Origin: Mytilus trossulus
Taxonomy: Eukaryota
Direction of reading: 5' to 3'
Length of the DNA: 64,000 nt
Assembly (NCBI RefSeq): GCF_036588685.1
Contig: NC_086375.1
Span: forward strand, 89,094,001-89,158,000
Both the position numbers and the translations under genes were made by a program. Numbering within the stretch: the first letter of the stretch is position 1; every line of letters starts with the position of its first letter. The notes under the pieces were generated by a model that was not told where the DNA came from, ran no database searches, and was given only the letters and a program-made list of their open reading frames with translations. Of this stretch, positions 13,640 to 25,459 are shown in pieces.

Positions 13640-14215
13640 CTTTCGCTCAGTAGTCAGTACTTCGGTACTGGCATCATTTATAACAAACCTTTCTAGAATT
13701 ATCCGAAATTATAAAGAAACTATGGTTTCAACTCCCTCAGGCAATGTTAACTGTAGATTGATTTGGGTATATTTGACCTTTTTCACACATCTTTATAAAT
13801 ATAGTGTGTAACTGTCATACAAGTGAGAGGTTTGGCTTGCTATAAAAGCAAGTTTAAGCCCCTATTTTCTACATAAGATTAAGCATAAGAATTTTATTAG
13901 TTTGAATTATAAACAATAGGACTGTTACTAAATAAACCAACCCGTACAAAACAAACAAACAGACAGACGGACGGGCGGGCATATCAATGACAAAACGATA
14001 GTCACTAAACAATACACACATGTAGTATTGAAAAGAAAATAAAGATTATTTATATTTATTATAATACTATTTTTTACAGCATAAATTAGAAAATGTCTGT
14101 ACCAAATCAGGAATATCACAGTTGTCATCCATTCGTTTGATATGTTTAAGCTTTTGATTAGGTACCTGCCACTATTTGTTTTCCTCGGAGTTCGGTATTT
14201 TTGTGAATTAACTTT
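13640..14215 (+). repeat. Local duplication copy 1 (copy 2 at ~16105-16715)
   Basis: About 570 bp colinear from AGTAGTCARTACTTCGGTACTGGCATCATTTATAACAAACC onwards; the paralogous spurious ORFs 13928-14338 and 16375-16611 reflect it. Confidence 0.85.
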
Positions 14216-14556
14216 ATTCGATATTATACAAATACATGATAACCCTACTCTAATGACACTAACAAAGAGAAAATCATAAGCAATCCTTGTTACATTTCCA
14301 CCAGAATAACACACAAGGACAGAGACCTGGATCTTCATTAAATCTTCTAAGTATCCAAATTAAATATCAAAAAGTGTAAACATTTCATGCGTCAGAACTG
14401 ATTATCTTCATTTGTCCTTATTTAGAACGCTCAATTTAAAATAAAAATTGAAAGCCAATGATGTATAAGAACCGCAACAATTGAAGAGCGTTATGACTGA
14501 AAGGGACATACTAATAATAGCAAAATCCATCCACCATCAACTTAGGGAGTTGGAAC

Positions 14557-15823
14557 CATAGTTGGGGTAATTGTAATTGTAATCGTTAATCAGCTGTAAT
14601 TGATTACAATTTTTCAAGTAATCAGTGTAATCATTAATTAGCCTCAAATCTGTTTACATTTAATTTAATTTAATCAATTACTTTTCAAAATAGCCTGTAA
14701 TCCTGTAAAACTTTTTATTATTCATATTTATTAAATTACATGTTAAATTATTTTTGTTTACTTTAAGCATGCTGATTGATTTGCATACTTCAGCAAAAGG
14801 AATGTTACAGTATTGAAAATTCATCATAAGCCAAAGCAGAGACATATACTACAATTTTATGTCTCTGGCCTTTGAAAAAAGATATTGTACATATATTCAC
14901 AATTTACAGATGTACATATATACATTTGATAATAACTGTTACATTCAAGTAATACTTTTCTTTATAAACACTGAACTATATTTTTTGGTTAAAATTTTGA
15001 TTTTGTCAACTTTGAAATGACAAGTAGGAGACCAATTAAGATTTGTTTTATTGCAATTACCATTTGAGCATAGCTGTAGGGCAATGCATATGATAAAGGA
15101 TATAATTTGTCTTATTAGCACAAACTAAATATACAAATTTTGGTATGGATTTGGACTGGACATGTAAAATGCAATGTTTTAGTACTTATATTTCGTTTTC
15201 AATATAATGTAACAATTCTATTAAAAAAATTTGCACAGTTTTTAACTGGTAACTTTATTTCATTCATATTTTAACTTCCATACATTGCACCTTGTAATAC
15301 ATACAAAGTCTGGAAGAGACCAGAAGACAAGTTACCTCAAATCTTTCATAAAACTTTATTCATTAGTGTCAAAACTATTCAGAGATCAATGACGAAAATG
15401 AAAGATCATAACCAATGACACAATGTGCATGTACATGTATATATACATAACACTTTTGTGGTTTATTAAATTGATGACAATTGAAGTTACCATTTTATAA
15501 TAATTTTAAAAAAATCCTTTTTCATAAATGCTATACTTTTATAAATTGTAATTTGGATGGAGAGTTGTCTCATTTGCACTAACACCACATCTTCATATAT
15601 CTATATACTAGCTATATTAAACATTTGTTCATTGAAATCCATCAAAAATGTTATTTTCGTATTCATTGTAATCAGATATAATTATGATTACTTTGCCAAT
15701 GTAATCATTAATTCAATCAGATACTTTCAGAAATGATGTAATCGTTAATTTAATTTAATCGTATAATTGACAAAGTAATTGCAATTCAATCAATTACATT
15801 GAAAGTAATCAGACCCATCTCTG
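14557..15823. mobile_element. Non-autonomous hAT-type DNA transposon
   Basis: Ends CATAGTTGGG...CCCATCTCTG (imperfect TIR). 8-bp TSD GTTGGAAC (14549-14556) / GTTGCAAC (15824-15831), one mismatch. Dense GTAATY/RATTAC subterminal repeats at both ends. Confidence 0.8.
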
Positions 15824-16104
15824 GTTGCAACCTTACTTTCTATTTTTGTATAAGTTAGAAACAGACATTTGAAGAACCGATATTACTCATTGTAAACAAA
15901 GGTTCTGTCTACGTTTCAATCATCAATTAAAAAGGCAATTAAAATCATTCTTCTTACTCCACTACCACTATGAATCAGATGTGAATTCTAAAAAAATCCA
16001 AATAGAGAAAAGAATATGTGATATGGTTGCTAATGAGACAACTCTCCACAAGAGACCAGAACAGAAACTAACAACTATAGGTCGCCGTACAGCACAAAGT
16101 TCTC

Positions 16105-16715
16105 CAAAGACCCTTAGTCGGAGTAGTCAATACTTCGGTACTGGCATCATTTATAACAAACCTTTCTAAAATTATTCGAAATTATAAAGAAACTACGGTT
16201 ACAACTACCTCAGACAATGTTAACTGTAGATTGATTTGGGTATATTTTACCTTTTTCACACATCTTTATAAATATATTGTGTAACTGTTATACAAGTGAG
16301 AGGTTTGGCTTGCTTTAAAACCAAGTTTAAGCCCCTTTTTTCTACATAAGATTAAGAATAAGAATTTTGTTAGTTTAAAATCCAAACAATAGGATTTTTA
16401 CTAAAGAAACAAACCAGTACAAAACAAAAACAAAACAAAAAACAGACAGACAGAAAGACGGGCATATCAATGACAAAACGATAGTCATTAAACAATGCAA
16501 ACATGTAGAATTGAAAAGAAAATAAAGATTATTAATATTAATTATAATACTATTTTTGACAGCATACATAAGAAAATGTCTGTTCCAAACCAGGAATATC
16601 ACAGTTGTCATCCATTCGTTTGATGTGATTAAGCTTTTGATTTTGCCATTTGATTAGGTACTTGCCGTTTTTTATTTTCCTCAGTATTTTTGTGAATCAA
16701 TTCTATTCGGTATTA
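16105..16715 (+). repeat. Local duplication copy 2
   Basis: Colinear with 13640-14215. Confidence 0.85.
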
Positions 16716-16899
16716 TGGCTCTTCAACTGTTTCTGTTCTGAAACACGGTTTGCTTTCAAATTATTCGACTTTGAGTGTTCCTTATATGGTTAATCCAGAA
16801 AAAAGTTAAATCGTGCTGGGTTTTTTTTTAAGTACTTACTTTTAATGTCCCTTTCCTTCAATATCATAAATTTAATTCTCTTCTCTTTACAACCACTTT

Positions 16900-17570
16900 C
16901 TGAGTCTGGAAGATCGCTTTAAGAAATGAATACACTATTATCTTTAACAGGATTGACCAATATAGATTCAAATAAATTGATTTTGGGAGAAAATCATACT
17001 TTGTTTGAAAAACAAAATGTTTTAAACACATTATAATCTAAATTCGATCATGGTTAAGCTGCTTATATTTTGGTATTGAAATCATGTTTGAAACGACGTT
17101 TGTATAAGGTATACTTAAAAAATAAAATTGAAATTTCAACAGACACCATTGCTCCCTTAAAAGTAAGAAACTTCATATGAGATTCAGAGTGAACACAACA
17201 TTTCTTGAAAGCTTATCCATTAATAAAGAGTTTGTCTCCTCAAAGATTATCCCATCTATTCAATAGAACCTAAATGAAGGTTTTGATCGATAAATCTGTA
17301 CTATCATTATTTGCAAAGACACCCGGCAAAAGATAGTACATGTATTTCAATGTTTGCATTCTGAAATTTTCCTTCAAATTAGCATTCCTTGGATTATCTG
17401 TTTAACATATATTCCAATCGTCGATTCCACAGTTCTGTCCCTATTTTCCACGTATGTGGCCTACCGAATTGTAAACTTGGAGTAATCTCAGGTACATCAT
17501 TTGTGGAAGCTGTTATGATTTGATAGGCAGTTATAAGACACCTGTTTCACAGATGATAATTTGTATTGCC
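16900..17570 (+). mobile_element. Very decayed Penelope-like RT retroelement remnant
   Basis: Residual RT-like pieces (GRKSYFV; FQQT..IAP) among many stops and indels. Confidence 0.35.
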
Positions 17571-17587
17571 CACTTGTCGCCACTATT

Positions 17588-17962
17588 CATTCTCTTAGCT
17601 TTTGACAACGTCGAATGAGAATTATAATTGTAGATATGTAAGCACAATCCATTCTCTTAGCTTTTGACAACGTCGAATGAGAATTATAATTGTAGATATG
17701 TAAGCACAATCCATTCTCTTAGCTTTTGACAACGTCGAATGAGAATTATAATTGTAGATATGTAAGCACAATCCATTCTCTTAGCTTTTGACAACGTCGA
17801 ATGAGAATTATAATTGTAGATATGTAAGCACAATCCATTCTCTTAGCTTTTGACAACGTCGAATGAGAATTATAATTGTAGATATGTAAGCACAATCCAT
17901 TCTCTTAGCTTTTGACAACGTCGAATGAGAATTATAATTGTAGATATGTAAGCACAATCCAT
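17588..17962. repeat. 62-bp minisatellite, 6 identical copies
   Basis: CATTCTCTTAGCTTTTGACAACGTCGAATGAGAATTATAATTGTAGATATGTAAGCACAATC starts at 17588, 17650, 17712, 17774, 17836 and 17898. Confidence 0.97.
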
Positions 17963-20320
17963 GCCCATAAGTTAAACAGGATCCGCTGTGCCTTCCGTAA
18001 ACACTTTTTGGGTTTTCTATGTATTGCTATTATTTGCCTTTGGTATTTTTCTGCGTTATAATGTGTACCAGATATAACTTAATATTTGAAGTGATCAATT
18101 TCGTCATTATTTTCTTTTTATAATGATTTCACAATACACACTTAAAGTTAAACAATGTAAATTATCGTCTTTCTTAAATAAGACCTGATAGATACCATTT
18201 ACTTGTGGGGATTTATTTCCCCGAGAGTACCACTATCCCAGAAGTCAACACTTCTGGGTTGACTTGAGTTATCATTGATATGTTCATAATAATAAATTAA
18301 CTGTTAACAAAACTTTTAATATTTAAAATACTAAGGCTTTTCTACCTCAGGAATAAATTACCCTAGCTGTATTAAGCAAAACTTTCAGGAATTTTTGGTC
18401 TTCAATGCTTTTAAACTTCGTACTTTATTTGTCTTTTAAAACATTTTAATTCAAGCGACACTGGTGAGTCTTTTAAATGTGAAACGCCCGTCAGGAGTTA
18501 ATATAGAATGTTAATTCTGGTATCTATGATAAGTTTTTTTACGAACTTAAATAATCTAATACTAAAAAACTCTAATATTGTTTTGGTCTATGTTAGTCTT
18601 TCGTTGTTGTTTCGTTTATCAGTCTTGCTACTTTTTTCTCGTTCGTGTTTTTGAAACTGCATTTTGATATATTTTCCCTTTCGAAATATTCGTTGCCTCT
18701 TGCTACATTCTTAAATATTTTTACCTCGTCTCTGTTCGTTTCTAATTAAAGGCTGTCATTTTGTTTGATGTGTTTTATCATTTGATTTTGACATTTCATT
18801 AGGGACTTTCCTTTTTAAAATTTTCTTCGGAGTTCAGTATTTTTGTGATTTCACTTTTTTTTTTACAAGTCTTCACGAAAATAAAATTGAAATGAATGTT
18901 ATGTAACTTTTGTAGTATGTTGGTCTTTTGGGGTTGAAAATTTAAAGCTGATGTTTGAGGAAGTGTATTTTTCACTTGCATTTCAAGAAATTGTCGCAAA
19001 CTGCGATTTCCAGTACCTTCTTTTTTATATCAACATGAAACTGATGTTGTGTGAGATCATTCATACAAAACGTATTGGGGCAAATTCATTTGTCAATGCT
19101 GAACATAACTCATACTTAGTCAAAATACATGCCTAGTAAAATGTCACAAGAAAAGAAAATATCTGAGGTAGTAGAAGAACTAAAGACTATATTAATTTCA
19201 TACTTTGAACGACAAAATTATTTGATATCTCTATCTGTGTGATGTTTGCAAATTGACGTCGAACGCGCGTTTTTACTTTAGAGCCATATTGATCTTGCCA
19301 TTCGGTCCCAATGCTTGAAATATTTCAATCGTTTATGGGTGGATAACCAGGTTCAATCCACCATTTTCTACATTTGAACATGCCAGTACTAAGTCAGGGA
19401 TATGATAATTGTTGTCCATTCGTTTCGTGCGTTTATCATTTGATTTTGCCATTTGATTAGGGACTTCCCGTTTTGAATTTTCCTCTGAGTTCAGTATTTT
19501 GTAATGTTACTTTTTAATATACACAAATAAAATTCAAAAAGAAAGAAAAGAAAGCAATGAATGAGGTTGTTAAATTTGAAACATGCCTTTTTGGGCTTCT
19601 TTGATGAATATTTGTTTGTTTTTATTGTAATCGAGATGATTGAGGTACTTGTATTCTTGTTTTCCATTTTTGCTAATGTGCTTTTACATATGCCTTTTGG
19701 TGTTACTTCGAAAACTTGTTTGTTGCTTGTCTTTCATTTTTGTTTTGTACTTTGTCTATATACTTTTTCATTTTTCTTTATTACATACATTACGTGGCTC
19801 TTTACTTATACATCCCGTAAATGTGTTATTGTGCTATGGTAAATTTGTGTTTTCTTGTCTTAAATTCATGCTAATATGCTTGGTCTATATGCCATTTTTT
19901 GCTTCTTTGTTACAGAAGATTATGACACAATGTTGATTGCTGTATTTGTGTCATTTTGTCCAAATATGTCTGTTTGCTTTTGTTGACACATCGTTTTCTA
20001 TATAATGGAATTTCATGTGATTGTCATAAAAGTGAGAGGTTTAGTTAGAAGTAAAATAAGTTCAATCCCCCCTTTTCTAAATGACAAAATGTCTGTACCA
20101 AAACAGGAATATGACAGTCGTTATCCATTCGTTTGATAGGTTTAAGCTTTTGATTTTGCATTAGAATAATTTAAAATACAAGTTAATATTGTCATTTAAT
20201 ACGAATGATTTTGTTAAATATATAATAACATATACTCATAAAATCAATTTTATGTCACTATAGGTTTTGTTTTTATTATTTGTGTCATCAAGAGACAGGA
20301 ATGGAAGGGTGAATCTATAT

Positions 20321-21718
20321 TTAAGCGTCGGTACAGTTTATACCAGCAGGACAGGTCGCTAGGTCTGTATCCAAATAGTCCTGGATTGTTTTATCAACAG
20401 TGTCACAATTTCCTACAATCCTGAATCGTGTGCGAGTATGTCTGTCATTTTTAACATCAAAAAGCCATTTTAGTCCGCAATTGCATTCAATTTTATTGTT
20501 TGACAAATCGACAATAATGTATCCAGGTTGATGTCTTCGAATCATAGCCTCTAATGCACATGGTACACGCTTAATCTCGATACCTTTTAGTTCAAGTCGG
20601 CGAAGTTTTGTTTGATTAACGAACGCTTTATCAGAAATGTACAAAATAGGATTATTATTCAGTTTGAGGGTCAGAAGCTCAGCAGACTCCTTTAGGTCAT
20701 TGGTTTCTATTGCGTGTATACTGTTGTTTGACAGATCTAAAATGTTTAAATATGTTATGTCTTGAATTGCTCCCGGAATTCGAGTTATTCCAGAATGTTG
20801 AAGACTAAGGCTGGTAATTTGGGTAACAGATTTAGCCGACTTGTCACTTACGAATTTTAAGTTGTTTTCGTCCATGTTTAGTTGATCAAGTCGATCAAAA
20901 CTTTGCAGAACTTCTGGGAATGTGGTGATATTGTCGTCTTTGAGTGACATTTGATTGAGAAATGGTAGAAAACCTTTTATGAGAGGGATCCGAACTCCAT
21001 AATCTCCTACATTTTGGTTGTGGTCAAAATGTAAATCTTGTAGATATCGGAGTCTTGATATAGCCAATGGTACTGATCGAAGTTTGGTATTTGCTAATGT
21101 CAATCGAAGCAATGTTCCTTCAAATCCATGGAATGAGTTGGTTGGCATGATTGTAATGTCGGCAGCAGTAAGAATAAGCTCTTGTAATTTAACCAGATGT
21201 GTCAACGTTAATGGCCACTGCGAAAGCTCAGTTCCACCGATTTTTGTTCCAAAAGAAAATGATAATAATGAATCTCCTATATCACGTAAAACATCTTCGT
21301 TAAAATTATAGTGATGAATTGGATTTCCAGAAACGTCCAGTGTTTCTATGTTTGTGAATTTTGACAGAAAATTTGGGAGTCTAGTCAATTCATTGTCTTT
21401 TAAACTTAATAACCGCAAACTATTTTCCAAACCATTAAAATCGCCAGAATGAAAGCTGGAATCCGTAAGCTGACAATTTTCAAGAAGTATTTCAGTGAGC
21501 CCCCATCTATCAAATGAAGAAGCGTTAATTGATAAGTTACTGTTCCTTACTTCTAATCTTAGAAAATTACTGCCTCCAGTCTGTGTCGCTATGTAGTCAA
21601 GATCTTCACATTTAACGATATTACCTTGGCATTGGCATTTACCCTGCATTGCACCAGGTAAAGTGCATGTTGCACGGGTAATTGACGATACTAACTGACA
21701 CAGAGAAAGTGAAAGAAC
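20321..21718 (-). CDS. Secreted leucine-rich repeat protein (LRR-1), main coding exon; start exon not confidently located
   Basis: Multiple LxxLxLxxNxL repeats, N-terminal CQC..C cap and C-terminal CNC..C..C cap; no TM. The frame extends upstream of M21649 to an acceptor ctctctttttAG|GTT at 21718, adding hydrophobic VLSLSLCQLVSSITRA (phase 0). AATAAA at 20277-20272. Confidence 0.9.
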   Translation of the reverse strand, partial: VLSLSLCQLVSSITRATCTLPGAMQGKCQCQGNIVKCEDLDYIATQTGGSNFLRLEVRNSNLSINASSFDRWGLTEILLENCQLTDSSFHSGDFNGLENSLRLLSLKDNELTRLPNFLSKFTNIETLDVSGNPIHHYNFNEDVLRDIGDSLLSFSFGTKIGGTELSQWPLTLTHLVKLQELILTAADITIMPTNSFHGFEGTLLRLTLANTKLRSVPLAISRLRYLQDLHFDHNQNVGDYGVRIPLIKGFLPFLNQMSLKDDNITTFPEVLQSFDRLDQLNMDENNLKFVSDKSAKSVTQITSLSLQHSGITRIPGAIQDITYLNILDLSNNSIHAIETNDLKESAELLTLKLNNNPILYISDKAFVNQTKLRRLELKGIEIKRVPCALEAMIRRHQPGYIIVDLSNNKIECNCGLKWLFDVKNDRHTRTRFRIVGNCDTVDKTIQDYLDTDLATCPAGINCTDA

Positions 21719-22944
21719 CTAAAAAGAGAGCATAAATGATTATTAATAATATTAAACTTAAGAATGTTCGCAAATACCTCATGTAAATTACTCAAAATGT
21801 TATATAAAATCCGGATGAACTTTTGATATAAACTCAGATGTCCTCTTTAAACTATCAATTTTCTTCACGATAGCAGCAACATACGAACAGTGTATTTATA
21901 TTTTGTATACTCAAACAATCATGAACCTACTTTTCAGACTTTGTAAAACGTTATCGTTGTCTTATCAACAATAAATGAGCCAGACCAATAAAAGATAAAT
22001 ATTCAGTGTCTTCTTTACAAATAATAGACGGTCTTAAGACATCGATAATAGGTGCTAGCTCCAGACCTCAATTCAACTAATTGAAGATTACGTCTATATC
22101 ATTTGACAATCAAGCACATTTATTCTGGTTGAGGGTTTAGTATCATCCCGTCATAAAATATTTGAGAAGAACATAGTTCGTATGATGCCCATAACTGGTT
22201 TTAGAATAAATGTGCTTGAATGTATAAATGACGCTAAGGTTTCTCCCTGCGTTATTGATTGCTAATGAAACCAGAGGATTTGATTAGCAACATGGATCTT
22301 ATATTTATATTTTGTGTTAGTTGCATTTTACAAAGTATTCATACGAGCACTCATTACATATACATTATTCAGTAATCCTATGTATAATCTATCATAAAAG
22401 AAGAAAAAACGGATTTCTGTCCATCATTTGTTTTGAAATGGAAAAAAACTAGTTTTAAACGGAATGTAGAATTTCTCATACAAGCATTGCTGGCCACATG
22501 GCTCGACACATATTTTCATGAAATGATGAGTAGTTTATTATAGTCATTAAGTCACTTATCAAAAGGTCAAATTTTGGAACATAGAATAATCGAATATTTT
22601 AGATGAAGGAAAGAGCAATTGATTGAATCTTTGTTATTTAAATACTTTAGTTTTATTCAAGGTAGAATTCTCATAAAACAATACATATAATCAAAGTTCT
22701 TATATAATTTTCTTTGAAATTTTCTCAAAAACAGACCATCTGGATGATATAACATTTGTGTTTCAATTTAATTTTTTGGAACCGACAACATATTCACAAA
22801 AATAATTCTGATAAATAAAAACAATTATAACTCACAAAACAAATAGTTATAATTCAATATTTCAATTTTTTTAGACAAAATACATGAATAAAAAAAAAAT
22901 GAATAAAATTATTACTTTTGGAACAAAGATTTTTTACTATTAAT

Positions 22945-23746
22945 TGGTTTTGGCTTTTAACTAGCTGTCAGTAACTGCGAGTACTCTCAAATCGTATTTT
23001 CTTGTTAATTCGTTCTGTTGATACTGTTTATAATGCTTTTTTGTTATTTTTTATTTATATGGATCTTGTCTGTACACCAGCTTTGATTATTTGTAATATC
23101 TTCAATTTTTCACTTATTCTTACAACATTTGTATAAACTTCAAGATTATAAAAAACCGTTTTTTTTCTAAAGTGAACATTGATTGGTTAAATATTTCTCA
23201 GTGATGTCCTGTGTTTGAATTTGTTTGTTAGCTTTTTGGTCATGAATGTTTGTCTCTAATATTTAATTAACTGTGCATTTGTATTCAGATATCGGAGATC
23301 AAATTTATTCGTTCATTGTGTAATCATACGTTTTTTGATTGAGTTAAGTCTGCCAATTGATATTTTATCGTATGTTTTTCTATGTTGTGATGTTCTGCTA
23401 TTGTTTCAGAAAAAGGGAGAAGGTTTGGATCCATTAAAACGTTTAATCCCGCTTCAAATGTTTGCACCTGCCGTAAGTCAGGAATCTGATGTACAGTAGT
23501 TGTCGTTTGTTTATGTAATATATACGTGTTTCTCGTTTCTCGTTTTGTTTATATAGATTAGACCGTTGGTTTTCCCGTTTGAATGGTTTTACACTAGTAA
23601 TTTTGGGGCCCTTTATAGCTTGTTGTTCGGTGTGAGCCAAGGCTCCGTGTTGAAGGCCGCACTTTAACCTATAATGGTTTACTTTTTAAATTGTTATTTG
23701 GATGGAGAGTTGTCTCATTGGCACTCACACCACATCTTCCTATATC
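22945..23746 (-). mobile_element. Long (~800 bp) copy of interspersed repeat family A inserted in a LINE remnant
   Basis: 23493-23746 is nearly the reverse complement of 61518-61771, and the insertion truncates the LINE zinc-finger frame at ...NNPNCVI. Confidence 0.75.
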
Positions 23747-25320
23747 AAATCACACAATTTGGATTATTAGATATTTTGCAATGGTACAAATTATGAGTAA
23801 TTGCTATAATGTCATGCAATAATTTGCATCTTAACATTTTCATTCGATTATCTTTTAAAAAATGGAATTTAAAAGTAAGGTTCTTCTTTATAAAATAAAC
23901 AACGTTTTCAAAAGTGAAACGATTTTTCCATACATACAATCCTACTTGGGGCTCTTTATTAGATTTAATTATAATATCATATAGTTTTTGCTTGAATGAA
24001 ATTTTGTCCAGATTGTAATACAATTCTTGGCAATTCATCTTTATGTCTTGTTGAAAATGAATTTAAGTATTTATTGATGTTTTATTGTTTAATTTTTCTT
24101 TCCACGATTTAGGTATAGCTTTTCAGAAAAGTACATGTCTATGCTGTCCTATTTTGTTTCTATTTTAGTTTATCTGAGTTTTAAGAAATTTCTTCTTTAT
24201 CGTCATTTATGTCGTTATTAAAAATTATATCTTCTTCTACCCAATGTTTAAAATACAAACATGTGCCTTGATTCTTAATATATTGATTACTCCATATTAC
24301 TTCTTTCCAAATATCTTTATAGTTTTCTGGGTTGTTTTTGTTTTTGTCTTCTCGCCTCCACTTTTAATCCAGCCATTTAGGATTTCTAGGTAAAAAGTGG
24401 GCCGTTTTATTTTTTCTAATGATTTATGAGAACTCAGATTCATTTCAGATATTAGGTTTTAACCCAAAAATCACTGAAACAGTAGGTTGGAATGATTTTT
24501 CAGTTTGTCAAAATTTTATCTGTAATTCTTTTAACTCAATTTATTTCCAATGCTTGAATGTAAGAATCAAGATCAGTCATTTTTAACCCCACTTCTAAAT
24601 AATCTTTTCTTAGCACTGAACGTTAACTTTCTCACTACCACCCTCTCACAAAAAAAAATATATTTAAACTTAGATATAGTTTCTTTAATTGAATTATTTG
24701 TCCTTGATATGGTTATATTTATGAATTTACTGTTTGCAAAATTTTGAATTTTTGAAATACTAAGGCTTTTCTACCTCAAGCATAGATAACCTTAGCTGTA
24801 TTTGGCAAAACGTTTAGAAATTTTGGTCCTCAATGCTCTTCAACTTCGTACTCTATTTGACCTTTTTAACCCCTTTTTGGATTCGAGCGTCACTGATGAG
24901 TCTTTTGTAGACGAGACGCGCGTCTGGCGTATATTCTAAATTTAGTCCTGGTATCTATAATGAGTTTATTTACACAGATTTTAGTGATGCAATATATATT
25001 GTATTATGTATAATCAGTGCTTTGATAATAGTTGCTTATTTTCCCATCATTATTTATTTTCTATTATTTTACAACTGTTTTCTATATTAAGTATTTGACA
25101 TTCTTTCTTGTCAGAGACAAAAACAATACCGAGGCTTCTTACATAATATTTCCAATTAAAGTTTTCAAATTTGTCCTTGAAAAATACCTTCTATTTTGTT
25201 TCTATCGAGTTTGAGTCCAGAGAGCGATCCAAAGGTTTCAATAATATTATGTGAATGCTTAATTCCCGTTAAGACTTTAAGAAAAGGCGTTTTATCATCT
25301 GCTAATTGTGAGATTTATAT
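23747..25320 (-). mobile_element. Decayed L1/Tx1-clade LINE ORF2 (RT C-terminal half to zf-RVT)
   Basis: Minus-strand fragments ISQLADDKTPFLK (~25315), IIETFGSLSGLKL, GLKMTDLDSYIQALEIN*VKRI (~24590), VIWSNQYIKNQGTCLYFKHWV and KLLHDIIAITHNLYHCKISNNPNC. Interrupted by repeat B at ~24710-24975. Confidence 0.8.
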
Positions 25321-25459
25321 TCATGAATGATGTCCTTTTGACATGACTTGGTTGGTATTTATGCATCAAGCTATCAGTTTTTCTGGTGCAGTTGGTTATT
25401 TCTGTGCGATTCGGATACAAAAGTTTTTTTTCCAAATGTTTCATTTTTGTGTGCCCTTG

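Noticed and set aside
21018-21311. Antisense or alternate-frame ORFs within LRR genes (also 32513-32944, 32851-33033, 62806-63030, 63604-63825)
   Set aside because: Shadow ORFs of real coding sequence; no independent features.
20321-21718. Calling the LRR genes Toll-like receptors, Slit or chaoptin
   Set aside because: Stop codons follow the cap directly; there is no TM, TIR, EGF or GPI segment, so no gene symbol can be supported.
23443-23640. Duplicated ORF MAHTEQQAIKGPK (also 61625-61873)
   Set aside because: Lies in non-coding repeat family A and has a non-ATG start; the identity reflects repeat copies.
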